This document shows positions 1 to 10,880 of a DNA stretch of 64,000 nucleotides, piece after piece (the stretch's first letter is position 1; every line of letters begins with the position of its first letter). This stretch comes from Lama glama. Taxonomy: Eukaryota. The translations under genes and the position numbers were made by a program. Where the stretch lies: contig CM052818.1 in the NCBI GenBank assembly GCA_028534125.1, positions 22,508,001-22,572,000 on the forward strand, given 5' to 3'. The notes below the pieces were generated by a model. The model made no database searches. It was not told the origin of the DNA and was given only the letters and a program-made list of their open reading frames with translations.

Positions 1-1116
1 TAATCTGTCTTGATAGAAAACAAATTCTAGGAACCATGAGAGTCCCCAAACACCATTTAACCTGAGACTAAACTGCACCCAAAGAGGTTTCTAGAGCAAG
101 TCCCTCACTGAGTTAAAAGCATCATTTATTCCCATAGAATTGATTAGATTCAGTTATATGGATTCATGGATCCTGGTAATTTCCTTTCATAATTTGTAAC
201 AATTTGTAATTAAACATATAGAGATATTAATCACTCTACAAAATTTAAGGTGCAAGAAATGTTGCATTTTTTAATTTCCCCCAAAAAGTTACATCTAGCT
301 AAAACTTGCATTTGTCATGATGATGGAAAGTTGATGAAGAAGGTTAGAAATGGACCCTAGGCTATGCCCGGCCTATGAAAATAGATAGCAGGGGCTTAAC
401 TGTCAATCCATGGTTGTCCCTGCTGCCACACGGCCCACGCGGAGGGTGTACTTTGACTCTGAGGCCAACTTGGCCCAGGGACTTTTCTCAAGCTTCCGAG
501 CCTCAGCACCTAGGGTCCAGGTCCTGCAGGCACAGGGCAGCCCCTGCCCCGCTCCAGGGCCGGACCTCAGCAATTCTGGGTGGCAGATCTCTGATGTCCA
601 GGCCCCTAGCCCCATAGAACCTCCAACACTGTTCCTTTACCAAGCAGGCTCACACTCCCTGAAGATCATGCCCCTTTCTTGGCCCTCCTGACAGATGCCC
701 CGTTAAACCACCCGATGGGCACAGGCCCTCCAAATCACAGGGCAGCCCACCCAAGCCGGGCAACTTCTCCATTTGGCCGGAAACACAGACCAAAGACTGT
801 TACTTCTCTCATGCTGATAAGAAAAGCTTAAACCTCAAGAACTCACTAAAGTTGGGCTTTCCAGAAGGGTAAAGGAAAAGGCAGGCACTCCTTCTTTTAT
901 CCTGATAAGTCAGCAACCTAAAAAGTAGAAAAATGAGGCCCCACTTCTCGACAGGTTGTTCTGTGACTTCACATCGGCATCAGGCCCACCTGCCAAATAT
1001 ATCTGTATGTGGGACGGGGGCCCCAGCAGCTGGGGTCTAATTTGCTCACCATTTAACCTGATCTCTGGCTCTCAGCATGAGCTGTAGGTCTCGATACATA
1101 CTGGTTCAATAATTCC

Positions 1117-1795
1117 TTATTAATCAGAACTCTTTCAGTGCTAAGTGATGGAAATTCGAACTGGATTAATTTTTGTTTTAAAGATCATTGGCTCTGGTAA
1201 CTGGGAAAACTGAAGGCAGGCCTGGCTTTAGGCAATATTGGAATGATGTGGAGTTGGATCTTCTTCCTGCCCTTTGGCCTACTTTCCTCGAGGTGCTAGC
1301 TTCGTTCTGCCAAAGGTTTCTTCCTTGTGTCCTTGGGCAATGGCTCCAGCAGCTTCAGACTTCCTCGGTCCTCATCACTCAGTATCTCGGAGGAGGAGAG
1401 ACTCTCTTTCCAGCATCCAAAGCCCAAAAGTTAAGCAAGACTCTTATAATGTATCTCCCTCTGAATCAATCAACTGGCCAAGAGGATTATATAGCCTGTG
1501 GCCACTTAGATCACATGCCCCACTCTGGGTGGTGGTGAAGAGGCCCCATAAGAAACAGCTTCACCAAGAAGAGGGGTGGCTCCCCTAATAAAAATGGGAG
1601 TATAGTAACTATAATGAACCAGAATAGATATATATGTGCTTATGTGTGTGATAACTGAATCACCGTGCCGTACACCAGAGACTAACACAACATTATAAAT
1701 CGACTATACTTCAGTTAAAAAGAGAGAGAGAGCTATGACCAAGCAAACTGAGAAGGGCTCTGCCTAGGAAGATGAAAACAGCAAGCATCCCCTAC
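1117..1795 (-). mobile_element. MaLR LTR (MLT1-type), interrupted by an L1 3' fragment
   Basis: Starts with 'ttattaatcagaactctttcagtgctaagtgatggaaattcgaact...cattggctctggtaactggg', resembling the reverse-complemented end of old MLT1 LTRs. Later has the 'tagatcacatgccccac' motif. Confidence 0.6.
1605..1725 (+). mobile_element. 5'-truncated L1 3' end (artiodactyl-type)
   Basis: 'ataactgaatcaccgtgccgtacaccagagactaacacaacattataaatcgactatacttcagttaaaaa' is the typical terminal L1 3'UTR followed by an A-rich tail. Confidence 0.85.
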
Positions 1796-1856
1796 ACATA
1801 GTGTTGGGAGCTAAAGCTGGTAGGACATATATTCAGTTATGTTCAGTCATGGCGAG

Positions 1857-2235
1857 TGTATCAGTTAGGGTAAGTTAGCTGCTATAACAAACAACCCCCA
1901 AATCTCAATGGCTTCACATAACACACTCACTCATGTCACAATCCCAAGCCGGGTGACGGGGTGCTTTTCATGCAGTCATCTGGGACCCTTGTTTTAGTGG
2001 CTTCCTCATCCTCTAGGGCTTTAGAGTCCCGTGCTTCTGGTTGCACAGATCGGGAAGGGGGAGTACACAGATCATACAGGAAATTTGTAGGGGCCAGGCC
2101 CAGAATTTGTGTATATCACTCTGGCCCAATATCCACTGGCCACAACTCAGTAACTACACACAGTAATTGCAAGATGGGCTGGAAAATGTGCCCAGGAAGA
2201 AAAGTAAACAGCATTTGGTGAGTTCATAATCTGCC
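1857..2235 (-). mobile_element. MaLR LTR (MLT1J/K-like)
   Basis: 'tgtatcagttagggtaagttagctgctataacaaacaacccccaaatctcaatggcttc' at the start and 'ccactggccacaactcagt...tgcaagatgggctggaaaatgtg' at the end. Confidence 0.75.
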
Positions 2236-2339
2236 AAATTGAGGGAGAGCCCCTGCCAGGACCAAGGAGGGGGTTTCAGAGCAGGGAAGGGTGGGGTTGG
2301 CCTGGAACTGAAGGCTGCCAGCCCCTGCCTTCCAGATTT

Positions 2340-2510
2340 TTCACCTTGGGCAGGTCACGCTTCCTCTCTGAGCCTCAGTCTCTCCATCTGCCAGATATAA
2401 CCCCCTCTAATACCCCTTCCTATGAAAACTTTTTTTGCTTCCATGATTTACGCACTGCCTAAAGCCTCCATAGACTTTCCCAGCTCCGAGTTTCTATGAT
2501 CTTATAATCT
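2340..2510 (+). mobile_element. MIR fragments
   Basis: 'accttgggcaggtcacgcttcctctctgagcctcagtctctccatctg' is the MIR core; 'ttcccagctccgagtttctatgatct' resembles the MIR3 end. Confidence 0.65.
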
Positions 2511-2544
2511 CTGATCTCCCCTTTAACTTCACAACATCCCCCTC

Positions 2545-2773
2545 AACCAAGCCCTCCTTTTCCCCTTCCTCTGCTTAATTTTTCTCGATAGCACCTATTA
2601 TCACCTGATAGACCGAATGTTTTTCTCATTTATTTATCAGCCCCCTGCTCAAGAATTTAAGTGCCAAGAGGGCACAGCTTTTTGTGCTTAGTTCACTTCT
2701 GTACCCCAAGTACCTTGGAAGTGCTTGGCATATTGTAAGTACTCAGTAAATATGTACTGAATGAATGAATGAA
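2545..2773 (+). mobile_element. L2 3' end
   Basis: 'gtgccaagagggcacagc...gtgcttggcatattgtaagtactcagtaaatatgtactgaatgaatgaatgaat' is the canonical L2 terminus with a (TGAA)n tail. Confidence 0.85.
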
Positions 2774-4756
2774 TCAAATTTACCTTTCTCAGTACAGTTG
2801 TCAAAAAATCATAACAGAGCAACACTGCCATCTGGTGCCAGACACTCGAATTGCAAGCACAAAGTCAGGGTTGCAGGGTGGACAGAATCCAGGGACAAGC
2901 CTTGTCAAATCAACCCTACTTCGTTGCTTCAAACACCATGGTCTGAGTTTGGATGTCTGGATGGCTCAACAGGCCCAGAGGGTCTGATTTTCTGTCTCAT
3001 GTGTGCTTCGCACCCAAGATTAGATGAGACCTCACTAACCATGCATAAGGCCCTCAGATGCACCAGACACTCAATTCCTCTGATGCTGCTAAAAATACAT
3101 AAACAACAGGCAATGCTATCTCTTCGGAGGATGGAATATCAGAAAAAAAAGACCTCAGTTCTGGGAGGATGAGAGAATACATGAGGTGAGACCAGTAAGA
3201 AGGACCAAAGCAAGAAGGAAAAGCCTTTGGGAGGAACCAGAACAGTAGACCCTACCTTGAACCTGACCCTGAATTCACTTTGGTTTCCTCATTTGTAAGA
3301 TGATGGTGATGGACTAGTTGGGCTCTAGACCATAAATGGAGCCCAGCCCTAAAGCCCTTGAGAAGGAACAGAGGTCATGGGTGCCTCCAGTTTCAGGAGT
3401 AAATATCTAGAAAGATAGGTAAGGGCTCATTCCCTGGTCAGAAGCTGGTGTCCTCAATCGGTGGGTGGTCCTTGTTACTGGACAGTTGTCCCAGTGCTGT
3501 GGGGGGCCTCTCTCTAGGAGAGGAATTGACTGTTTAACTAAATTTCCTTCTCAGAGCCTCACCCCTGCTTCGGCCCTGGTGGGTGTAACCCAGTCCCTTA
3601 GCGCTATGACAACCAGGACCACCCCCTTCCATTCCCCTCCACCAAGTTTTGTTTGCATAACTCTTTTCAACAGCCTGAGGATTCATTCCAGTTGATCTCT
3701 GACTTCCTTCAGAGAGGTTTGCTCCCCTAGTTCCCTCATTTGGGTTGACTGCCTTAGGGGATGAAGAGAAGTGGCTCTAGATAAATTTTGCTCCTTCTTC
3801 CAGAGCCTTGCCCATCGGTGGCTCTGCTGATGCCTGCCAACCTTTCCTTCTGGCCTCTGCCCCAACTCAGTCCAGCCCAGATGTATGGAGCACCTTCCAG
3901 GATTGTGTGAGATCTGGAGACGGCTTGGCCTCTGATGCCTAAGGGCTACATGGGGGACATGTGGGGGACACAGCACATGCAGAGCAGCAAACAAGCCATG
4001 ACAGTGAAGGTGTGAGCAAGTGTCAAAGTAAGGGGTTCGGGCTGAAGGGAGATTGACTGGGAAGACTTTTTGGAGGAGATGGGATTCCTGTGGCCTTTAA
4101 GTTCACAGAGTATGTGAGATCTTGGAAGGAACCACCTTATCCCAGCAAATTTTAGCACCTAGAGTCAGGGGGAGGGGCAACTGTGAGCACCGTACCCCCT
4201 GCCCCACCCCCAGGCATGTGGGTGTCATTGAGATGCAGGCCTGGCCACCTTATGACCCTGGAGCATCTGGATGCCCAGACAATTTAGGAGCCCCACAGAG
4301 ACCCACTGCTCTCCTCCTTCCATCCTCTTCCTTCTTTACTTCCCCTCCCACCACCAGAAACTCCTCTCCTCTTGTTACCCTGGGTCCCTGCTCTGTTTAC
4401 TGCCTCCTTTCCCTGTGTGTGTTCTGCTTCTGCAGCTCCTCACACCTGGCAACTCCTTCCCCTGACTCCCAGGAGCTCTCATCTAGTAGAATAACTGGCA
4501 GAGCCTCTATTGTCAGTGCAACATCACCCCCACCCCTTTCTAAAGTCTTGTCTGTGGCACTGAGAGAAACTGGGAACTACAATTCCCAGAATCCCCTTGG
4601 CTGTATGGGTCCATCTTGGAAAGGAGAAGCTCAGGTCCAGTATTTGTCATATTTGGAAGAAAAGGAGAGATCGTTATTAAGTTAGTAATTAAATTATTAT
4701 TTAATTTAGTAAATTAAATTCTTACTGATTTAAATACAGATCAAGAATTTTCTGTG

Positions 4757-5011
4757 AAAATTTAGTAGCCAAACTGACGTGTGGTATAAATGAAAATACA
4801 CACAAGACTTTGAAGACTTTGTAGCCTCCAAAATGTGAAATATCTCATTGATAATTTTCATATTGTTTCCATGTATTTTTGATAAACTGAGTTAAACAAA
4901 ATACATCTTTAAAACCAAAGCTGATTGTTTCTTAGTACTTTGTTAAAGTGTCTACTGGAAATTTTTAAATGACATATGCAGCTCATGTCCTACTTCAACT
5001 GGACAGAGCTG
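4757..5011 (-). mobile_element. MER33-like hAT-Charlie non-autonomous DNA transposon (partial)
   Basis: 'aaaatacacacaagactttgaagacttt...aatatctcattgataattttcatattg...ctactggaaatttttaaatgacatatgcagctc...ggacagagctg' is collinear with the reverse complement of the copy at 55518-55807. Confidence 0.8.
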
Positions 5012-7379
5012 GTGTAACACGTGTGGAAAGTGGATGAAAAATAAACACACAAAACACTTCGTAGATGCACAAGACAATAAACAACGTCACAATGTTGAGT
5101 GTGGATTGATACCACATGAGAGACATGCAGACGTCAAGAGTTAAGGGCTCAAAGGAGAAAAAGAGGTCCCTGAGGGTTTCAGGGTAGGGAAGGCGGATGG
5201 TGACTGCAGGACTGGGCCCCACCCTGAAGCAGAGGGAGGATGTGGATGGGGTGAGGGCACCGAGGCCATTCCAGGCAGTGGATTCAATGTGCTAAGGGAG
5301 GAACAACTCCCTTATTCCTGGCAAGATGCAATGGCCTTGGGGTCTCAAGCAGATAGGAAGGAGGTGTCATTGTTTCCACCTGTATCTTCAGTCACACCTC
5401 CATTCATTCCACCCCGTGGACAGAGTGTTGGGGAGTTGGAGAGGAGAGGCAGGTAGGGAGGCAATGAGTTGAATGCTGGGAGCATGGGTACCATCTCCCA
5501 GGGTACCAGAGGACCTTTGAACACCAGGTCACAGTACAAACTAGAACCCAGATCCAAACATCTCCTCTGGCTTTGTCTAGAGTAGGCTCCCTGAGGGCCC
5601 ATGTTTTCCAGGGATGCTGGGATCAGAGGCCAGGCTCCAGCAGGGCAGGATGCTCTACCCTGGCTCCAATCCCTCTGCCTCCCTCCCGCAGCCCCATCGC
5701 AAGCAGCTTCCTAGTGGTTATAGGCCTGAGTCCTAGGGAGAGTCACAGGAGAAACATGTGCTGTAGTCTGAGATGAACTCACTCCATCTGGGCAATATGG
5801 AGTTTGGCGGAATGAGGCCGTGGGGACGTGAAACATGAAGCCACGGCTTGAAAGTGCTTGCACTTGCATTTTGCAGAATTTCTGGCATGGCTATCCCTGG
5901 ATGTTAGCGGGATCTTTCTGAGAAAAGCTGGGACCTCTGTGGTCCTGGCCTGGTCCTATGGGACTGGCCGCCTGGAGCTGGTGGGAGGGGCTGGAGCTAA
6001 GTCCAAGTTGGATGTTGAGTCATTTCAGGAGGGGCTGGCTGTGGTTTCCTGCTCAGGCCAGAAGATAGGCCCAGAGACTGGATCCAGAGGAGTGAGAAGG
6101 CCAGCCAGACCAGAGGCAGGGCACCAGAGCATCCACTGTGGCACAACCCAGAGCAGGTGGCCACAAAAAGCACTGGTCCCCAAATCCTGAAAGTGCACTG
6201 CCTGGGAGAGTCCTCCTTGTTGGGAGAGCTTTGAAAACAGGAGAGCTTTCCCACCATTGCCTCAACGAACCTTCATGTTTGCCTTCAGAAAGGGGAAGCC
6301 TTAACAGCTCAATAAATCCTTCCCAAGCACTTACCCGTCACCCAACACTGAATCGGGCACCATGGGGGAAATGAGAGGACAAGTAGAGAAACTTTAAATC
6401 TCAGGGCAGAAAGAGCGTTAAGAGATTGCTGTAAAATGACTTCCCAGAGTAGAAATTCCTGCAGCAGCATCCAGGGCAGTTCCATGTGGCCTTGGTGCTC
6501 GGAGAGCAAAAGGTTTAACAAAATTGAAGACTTTGTAAGCAGCAGCTGGCAGACTGGCCCAGTACATGAAGGGGCACTAATGCGTGCACCCCAGACCGGA
6601 GGTGCTACAGAACCCTGAGCCGGGGTGGCCAGTGACAGGGATGGCCGCTGTGCATCTGAATAGGTAGAGCAGGCCTCCTGGACAAGGGGACTGGAAGTGG
6701 ACCACAAAGGACATGTCGGCTCTGGGGTCAGGAATAAGAGAGTGGGATGCAAAATGGCTTAGAAATAAGAAAGAGAGGAAGGAGGACGAAGGGAAGGGAC
6801 AGGAGAAGTCAACAATAGTGATCTGAGAGGCTACAGAAAGTTCAGCCCCAGAATCTCTGTTGCCTAAAATCTCACCATGAAATGTTCACTTGTGAGGGGG
6901 CGACTAAGTTTTTTGTTCTTCATTTTCATGAAGGGAATGAAGCTTCCCTCGCTGAGATAACATGTGAGGTCCCTAATAAGGCATAAGGTGGTGACAATCA
7001 AAGAATAGGCAAACAGGGGCAAATGAAGACAAACTCTGCCACTGTTTTGCCACCAATTAGCCAGTTCGACCGGTGGCTAGTCATGTCCACAAAGATGCCT
7101 CGGCAGTTCAGAGAGGAGGGAGGTTGAGTTGGTCCAGGGGGGCAGGGTGGGTATGGATCTTCACCCACTGACTCAGGAAAACTCTGACCTTCTCCCTTCG
7201 ATCTCCCTGAAGCTCAGCCCTCCAACCAAACCTCCAAGTGTAAAGAGAAGCAAGGTCTCTCGGAAGGAATGTGTCCTTGTTGGCCTGAACAGCTCCTGCA
7301 TAATCTCAATCTCTTTTCCAAAGGGCTCACAGGAGAAAAGCCCTTAGAAAGCTTCACAGCAAAATTGTTGAGTTCCTGG

Positions 7380-7550
7380 GCTCTGGAGTCCAGCTGCCCG
7401 AGTCCGAGTTCTGGCTCTATGGTTGGATCTAAGACCTTGACCTCCAACCCTCTGAAGCCCAGTTTCCTCATTTGTAACAAGAGGCTGATGAGAGTACTTA
7501 TCAGGGTTATCATGAGGGTTAAAACACAGAAAGCACTTGAAGCACTTGGA
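7380..7550 (+). mobile_element. MIR
   Basis: 'gctctggagtccagctgcccgagtcc...ctctgaagcccagtttcctcatttgtaac...cagggttatcatgagggttaaa'. Confidence 0.8.
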
Positions 7551-7704
7551 ACGCCAGGCATCACCCTGGATCAACGTTGTTCTTCGTATTCGCACCAGTT
7601 TTCTGCACGCAGCCAGCACAAAGAGTCCTCGAGGTGTTTCAGAACAAAGACAGAGTCTACCTAACCAGAACAACAATTTTTAGCATCACTCTTCCACTTT
7701 TTCA

Positions 7705-7860
7705 ATTCTTACTTACTGAACACCTGTTGTGAACAGGATTTTACAGAGTATAAAAGACACAAAGACAGCATGGGAGCCAACCCTGTCTTGAAGGGATGTA
7801 CAACCTGATAAGCACAGTAAGACATGGTCCCGAGGGAACACAACATGACACAGTGGACGG
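7705..7860 (-). mobile_element. L2 3' fragment
   Basis: 'cttactgaacacctgttgtgaacagg...agacacaaagacagcatgggagccaaccctgtcttgaaggg' resembles an antisense L2 end. Confidence 0.5.
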
Positions 7861-7895
7861 GGTGTGTGCTTGAACATCACTTACATCAGGCTGCA

Positions 7896-7970
7896 TGGAG
7901 GCACTGGGGATTGAACCCAGGACCTTGTGCATGCTAAGCATGCCCTCTGCCACTGAGCTGTACCCCGCCC
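7896..7970 (-). mobile_element. tRNA-Ala-derived SINE (vic-1-like) or tRNA retropseudogene, no A-rich tail
   Basis: Reverse complement 'gggcggggtacagctcagtggcagagggcatgcttagcatgcacaaggtcctgggttcaatccccagtgcctcca' has A/B boxes and an AGC anticodon loop. Confidence 0.85.
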
Positions 7971-7984
7971 ACTCCACCACTTTC

Positions 7985-8545
7985 CTTTTCCATAATCAAA
8001 GTCAGGAGGCAAGCAGTCCAAGCTGGTGTTTGTGTCTCAGTGAGTGCTAAGGGTCCAGGCCACCCTCAACGTATGGTTATCTAACGTGTCACTCAGGCTC
8101 CAGCCTGGTCATCCTCTTCTTCACCAGAGCCACACATATGGAGCACACATTATGTGGCAGGAACCATTCTAATCGCTCTTCAAATATCAACTCGTGGAAT
8201 CCTCACGAGAGCCCTATTATGGCAATATTATTTTTTCCCTCTGTTTACTGCTAAGAAAACTGTGGCACAAAAGGATTAAGTAACTTGTCGAAGGTCACAC
8301 TCCTGGGGGGCAGGGCCAGGATTTCAACTCAGTCTGGCTCCAGAGTCCAGCTACTAGGAAGAAGCTAAGGAGGACACTCCCTGCTCTTTCATGACATTTT
8401 GGCCAGACCTTAGTCACATGGCCATATCCAACCACAAGGGAGGCTGGAAAATGTAGTCTTTATTCAGGGCAAGATAAAAGAACTGGGAGCTCTTTTACTA
8501 AGGAAGTTGGGGAACATATCCGGGGGACCAATTTGTAGTCTATGG
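7985..8545 (-). mobile_element. MaLR LTR (MLT1K-like) with a MIR (~8130-8350, minus strand) lying inside its span
   Basis: MLT1 motifs 'aagtcaggaggcaagcagtccaagctggt' and 'tggccagaccttagtcacatggccatatccaaccacaagggaggctggaaaatgtagtctttattc'. The MIR reads 'aagaaaactgtggcacaaaaggattaagtaacttgtcgaaggtcacac'. Confidence 0.75.
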
Positions 8546-9069
8546 CATGGATCCCCATAAATTCATCTCCTCTCCTATAGTGGGGCACCCCCAGCAGTAA
8601 TCCTGTGTAACATGACCTCTCCCCCGACCCTCACCCAAGAGAAGTTAGTCATAGCTCCTAAACTGGGACCAACAGAGATTCCAACTGACTGTGTTGGACA
8701 GTGGCATGTACCCTCCAGGGCTGTGGGCAGCGGATTTCAGCCGAGTCTTCACGGCTACGGTCTACAAAGGAAATACTTCAGTGGATGTTCTCAAAGAGAA
8801 TGTGGCCCAAGCAGTGCTTCCAGCTGCCACTGCCAGGACTCCCTGAGGGGCTGCAGCATCCCTGCCCTTGGGTGCTATAAGACCCACCAGGTCCTTGTGA
8901 TAAAAAATCCCCTTGTTTGCCCCAGTGGGTTTCTAGACAATTGCCCAATTGCCATCAAAGAATGCTAACTCCACAACCAGGCAAATGTGGTGAGCGCTAC
9001 CAGCAACGTCAGTGAAAATGCTATGGAAGTACGAAGACTGGCCCTGGGGGGTCAGAGGAGGCTCAATAA

Positions 9070-9280
9070 TCTGGGTTAATATAGTTGACACATAAAGTGT
9101 TGACCACGTGTCAGGCCTCACTTAATCTCCAAATACCCAATGAGGCAAGTGCTACTACTATTATCATTTTATAGATGATTAAACCAAGGCACAAAAGGGT
9201 TAAGTAACAAAAGGTCAAACAATAAAAGTAGTAGAACTGGGTCTTCAACCAAGTCAGTCTGGCTCTAGCTTCCTTGTTCC
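9070..9280 (-). mobile_element. MIR
   Basis: 'attatcattttatagatgattaaaccaaggcacaaaagggttaagtaac...gtcttcaaccaagtcagtctggctctag'. Confidence 0.8.
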
Positions 9281-9309
9281 ACTGTTTGGGTTTGGGTGTT
9301 CGGTGTCTA

Positions 9310-9990
9310 GGCTGGTCTTGAACAAAGGGTAGGATTGTGATGGGCAGAGGCAGGACCGTCCATGCCAAGCAGAAGACACGTGGGAGCCACGTCATGGAGT
9401 CAGTAAGAGCAAGGCTGATTTGAGGAGTCTGGAATAGTTGCAACACACGGGCTCTAAGGCACAAGAGTGGACAACCAGGCTAGAGAGCAGGGTTGGGAGT
9501 CGACTCAAGGAGGGGACTGTGAATCTCTGTTAAAGATGTTTGAGGGTATTTTAGAGGGAGGCACTGGGGAGCCATGGAGAGTGTGGGGAAGTAACAAACT
9601 CTGGGCCTGGGTTTGGAATGACTGTTCAGGAACTACATGACTGAAAGCGGGAAAGACATTCGGGAAGCTCTTGCAAAAAATGATTCAGTACGTGGGATTT
9701 TGAGAGGGATAGAGACGGGAAGATGAAGATGTGAGCTCTGGGGTCTCGAAGCAGGACTCCTAGCAGGAGACTAGGGAGAGAGAGGTGCCAAAGGCAACTC
9801 CGGTAGAGGTTCTGGGCCCTCTGGTGGGGTGGGGTGGGGTGGAGGACAAGGAGAGGGTGAGTTCGGGTTGGACAGCATGTGTTTGTGGTGCCTGGGGGAC
9901 ACCCTTGTGAAGAATCCTGCAGGCAGACATGGGAGAGCAGTCAGGGTTGGAGACACAGCTCCGAGGTCATACGTGTAGCATGATTCCTGA
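9310..9990 (-). mobile_element. Diverged L2 fragment
   Basis: Purine-rich stretch with antisense-L2 motifs 'ggcactgggggagccatggagag' and 'tttgtggtgcctgggggacacccttgtgaagaatcctgcaggcag'. Confidence 0.55.
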
Positions 9991-10704
9991 GGCTGTGGGC
10001 ACAGATGACACCCCCCAGGAGGGAGCCCTTAACTAGAACCCGGAAGAGGGCAGGAGAATAAGTAGCCAGAAGGAGGCAGGAAGCAGCCGGCTCAGTCGTC
10101 TGAGGACAGTCGGGGGAACGCAGGCCCTAGAAGCCCAGAACAGGCTCTCAAGGAGGAAGGCAGGACTCCGGGTGCTGAGGCTGCTAGGGGTAGGAGGGCA
10201 GGAGGTGGGCCAGAGCTCCGGCTCCCTGCAGGCCCAGCCCTGGCAGAGCTCCACAAGCCTTCCTGTTGCCCTGGAAGTGCCCACTGCCCTGGGGATCTGC
10301 ACAGTCGTTCAGATTACGGTGGAAAATGGCCCCAGGGACTGGGGCAATTTGCTGCTCACAGACGGATTCCAACTTGCCCATGAAAGTGTCTCATTCCGGT
10401 CCCAACACCCAGGCATGTTCGCACCTTTGGTGAAGAGTCAGGCCTGCTTGGGTGACGCATGTGGGCTGGGCTCCGCGGGGGGCAGCACTGCCTCTAAAGG
10501 AAGCCAGGAGGGCCTTCAGAGCCCGGGCGCTCCATCCCACACTGCCCTGGAGAAAGCGAGCAGGGCCCCGAGACAGTCCACGACCCAGCCAGCCCTAGAC
10601 GGGCTCTCTCTGGGCAGGCTGAACCCACTGGAGGGTCATGGCCCAGTGGGGTAATAGGGGACTGGAAAGAAGGCTTTTCCATCAGGCCCCTGCTCTGCCG
10701 GTTA

Positions 10705-10880
10705 AAAACTGTGTGACCTTGAGCAAGCTCCGTGGCCTGAGATGGTTTCCCCTTCTCTAGAATGGGGACAATCCCCATCTCGTGAGGGTGTTGTAGTGAT
10801 TCAATGAAATAACTTGTGTGAAGCACGAAGCCCAGTGCCTGGGGCGCAGCACTCACTGGTAAACAGGAGTGATTCTCATT
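10705..10880 (+). mobile_element. MIR
   Basis: 'ctgtgtgaccttgagcaag...tctagaatggggacaatccccatctcgtgagggtgttgtagtgattcaatgaaataacttgtgtgaagcac...cagtgcctgg'. Confidence 0.85.
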
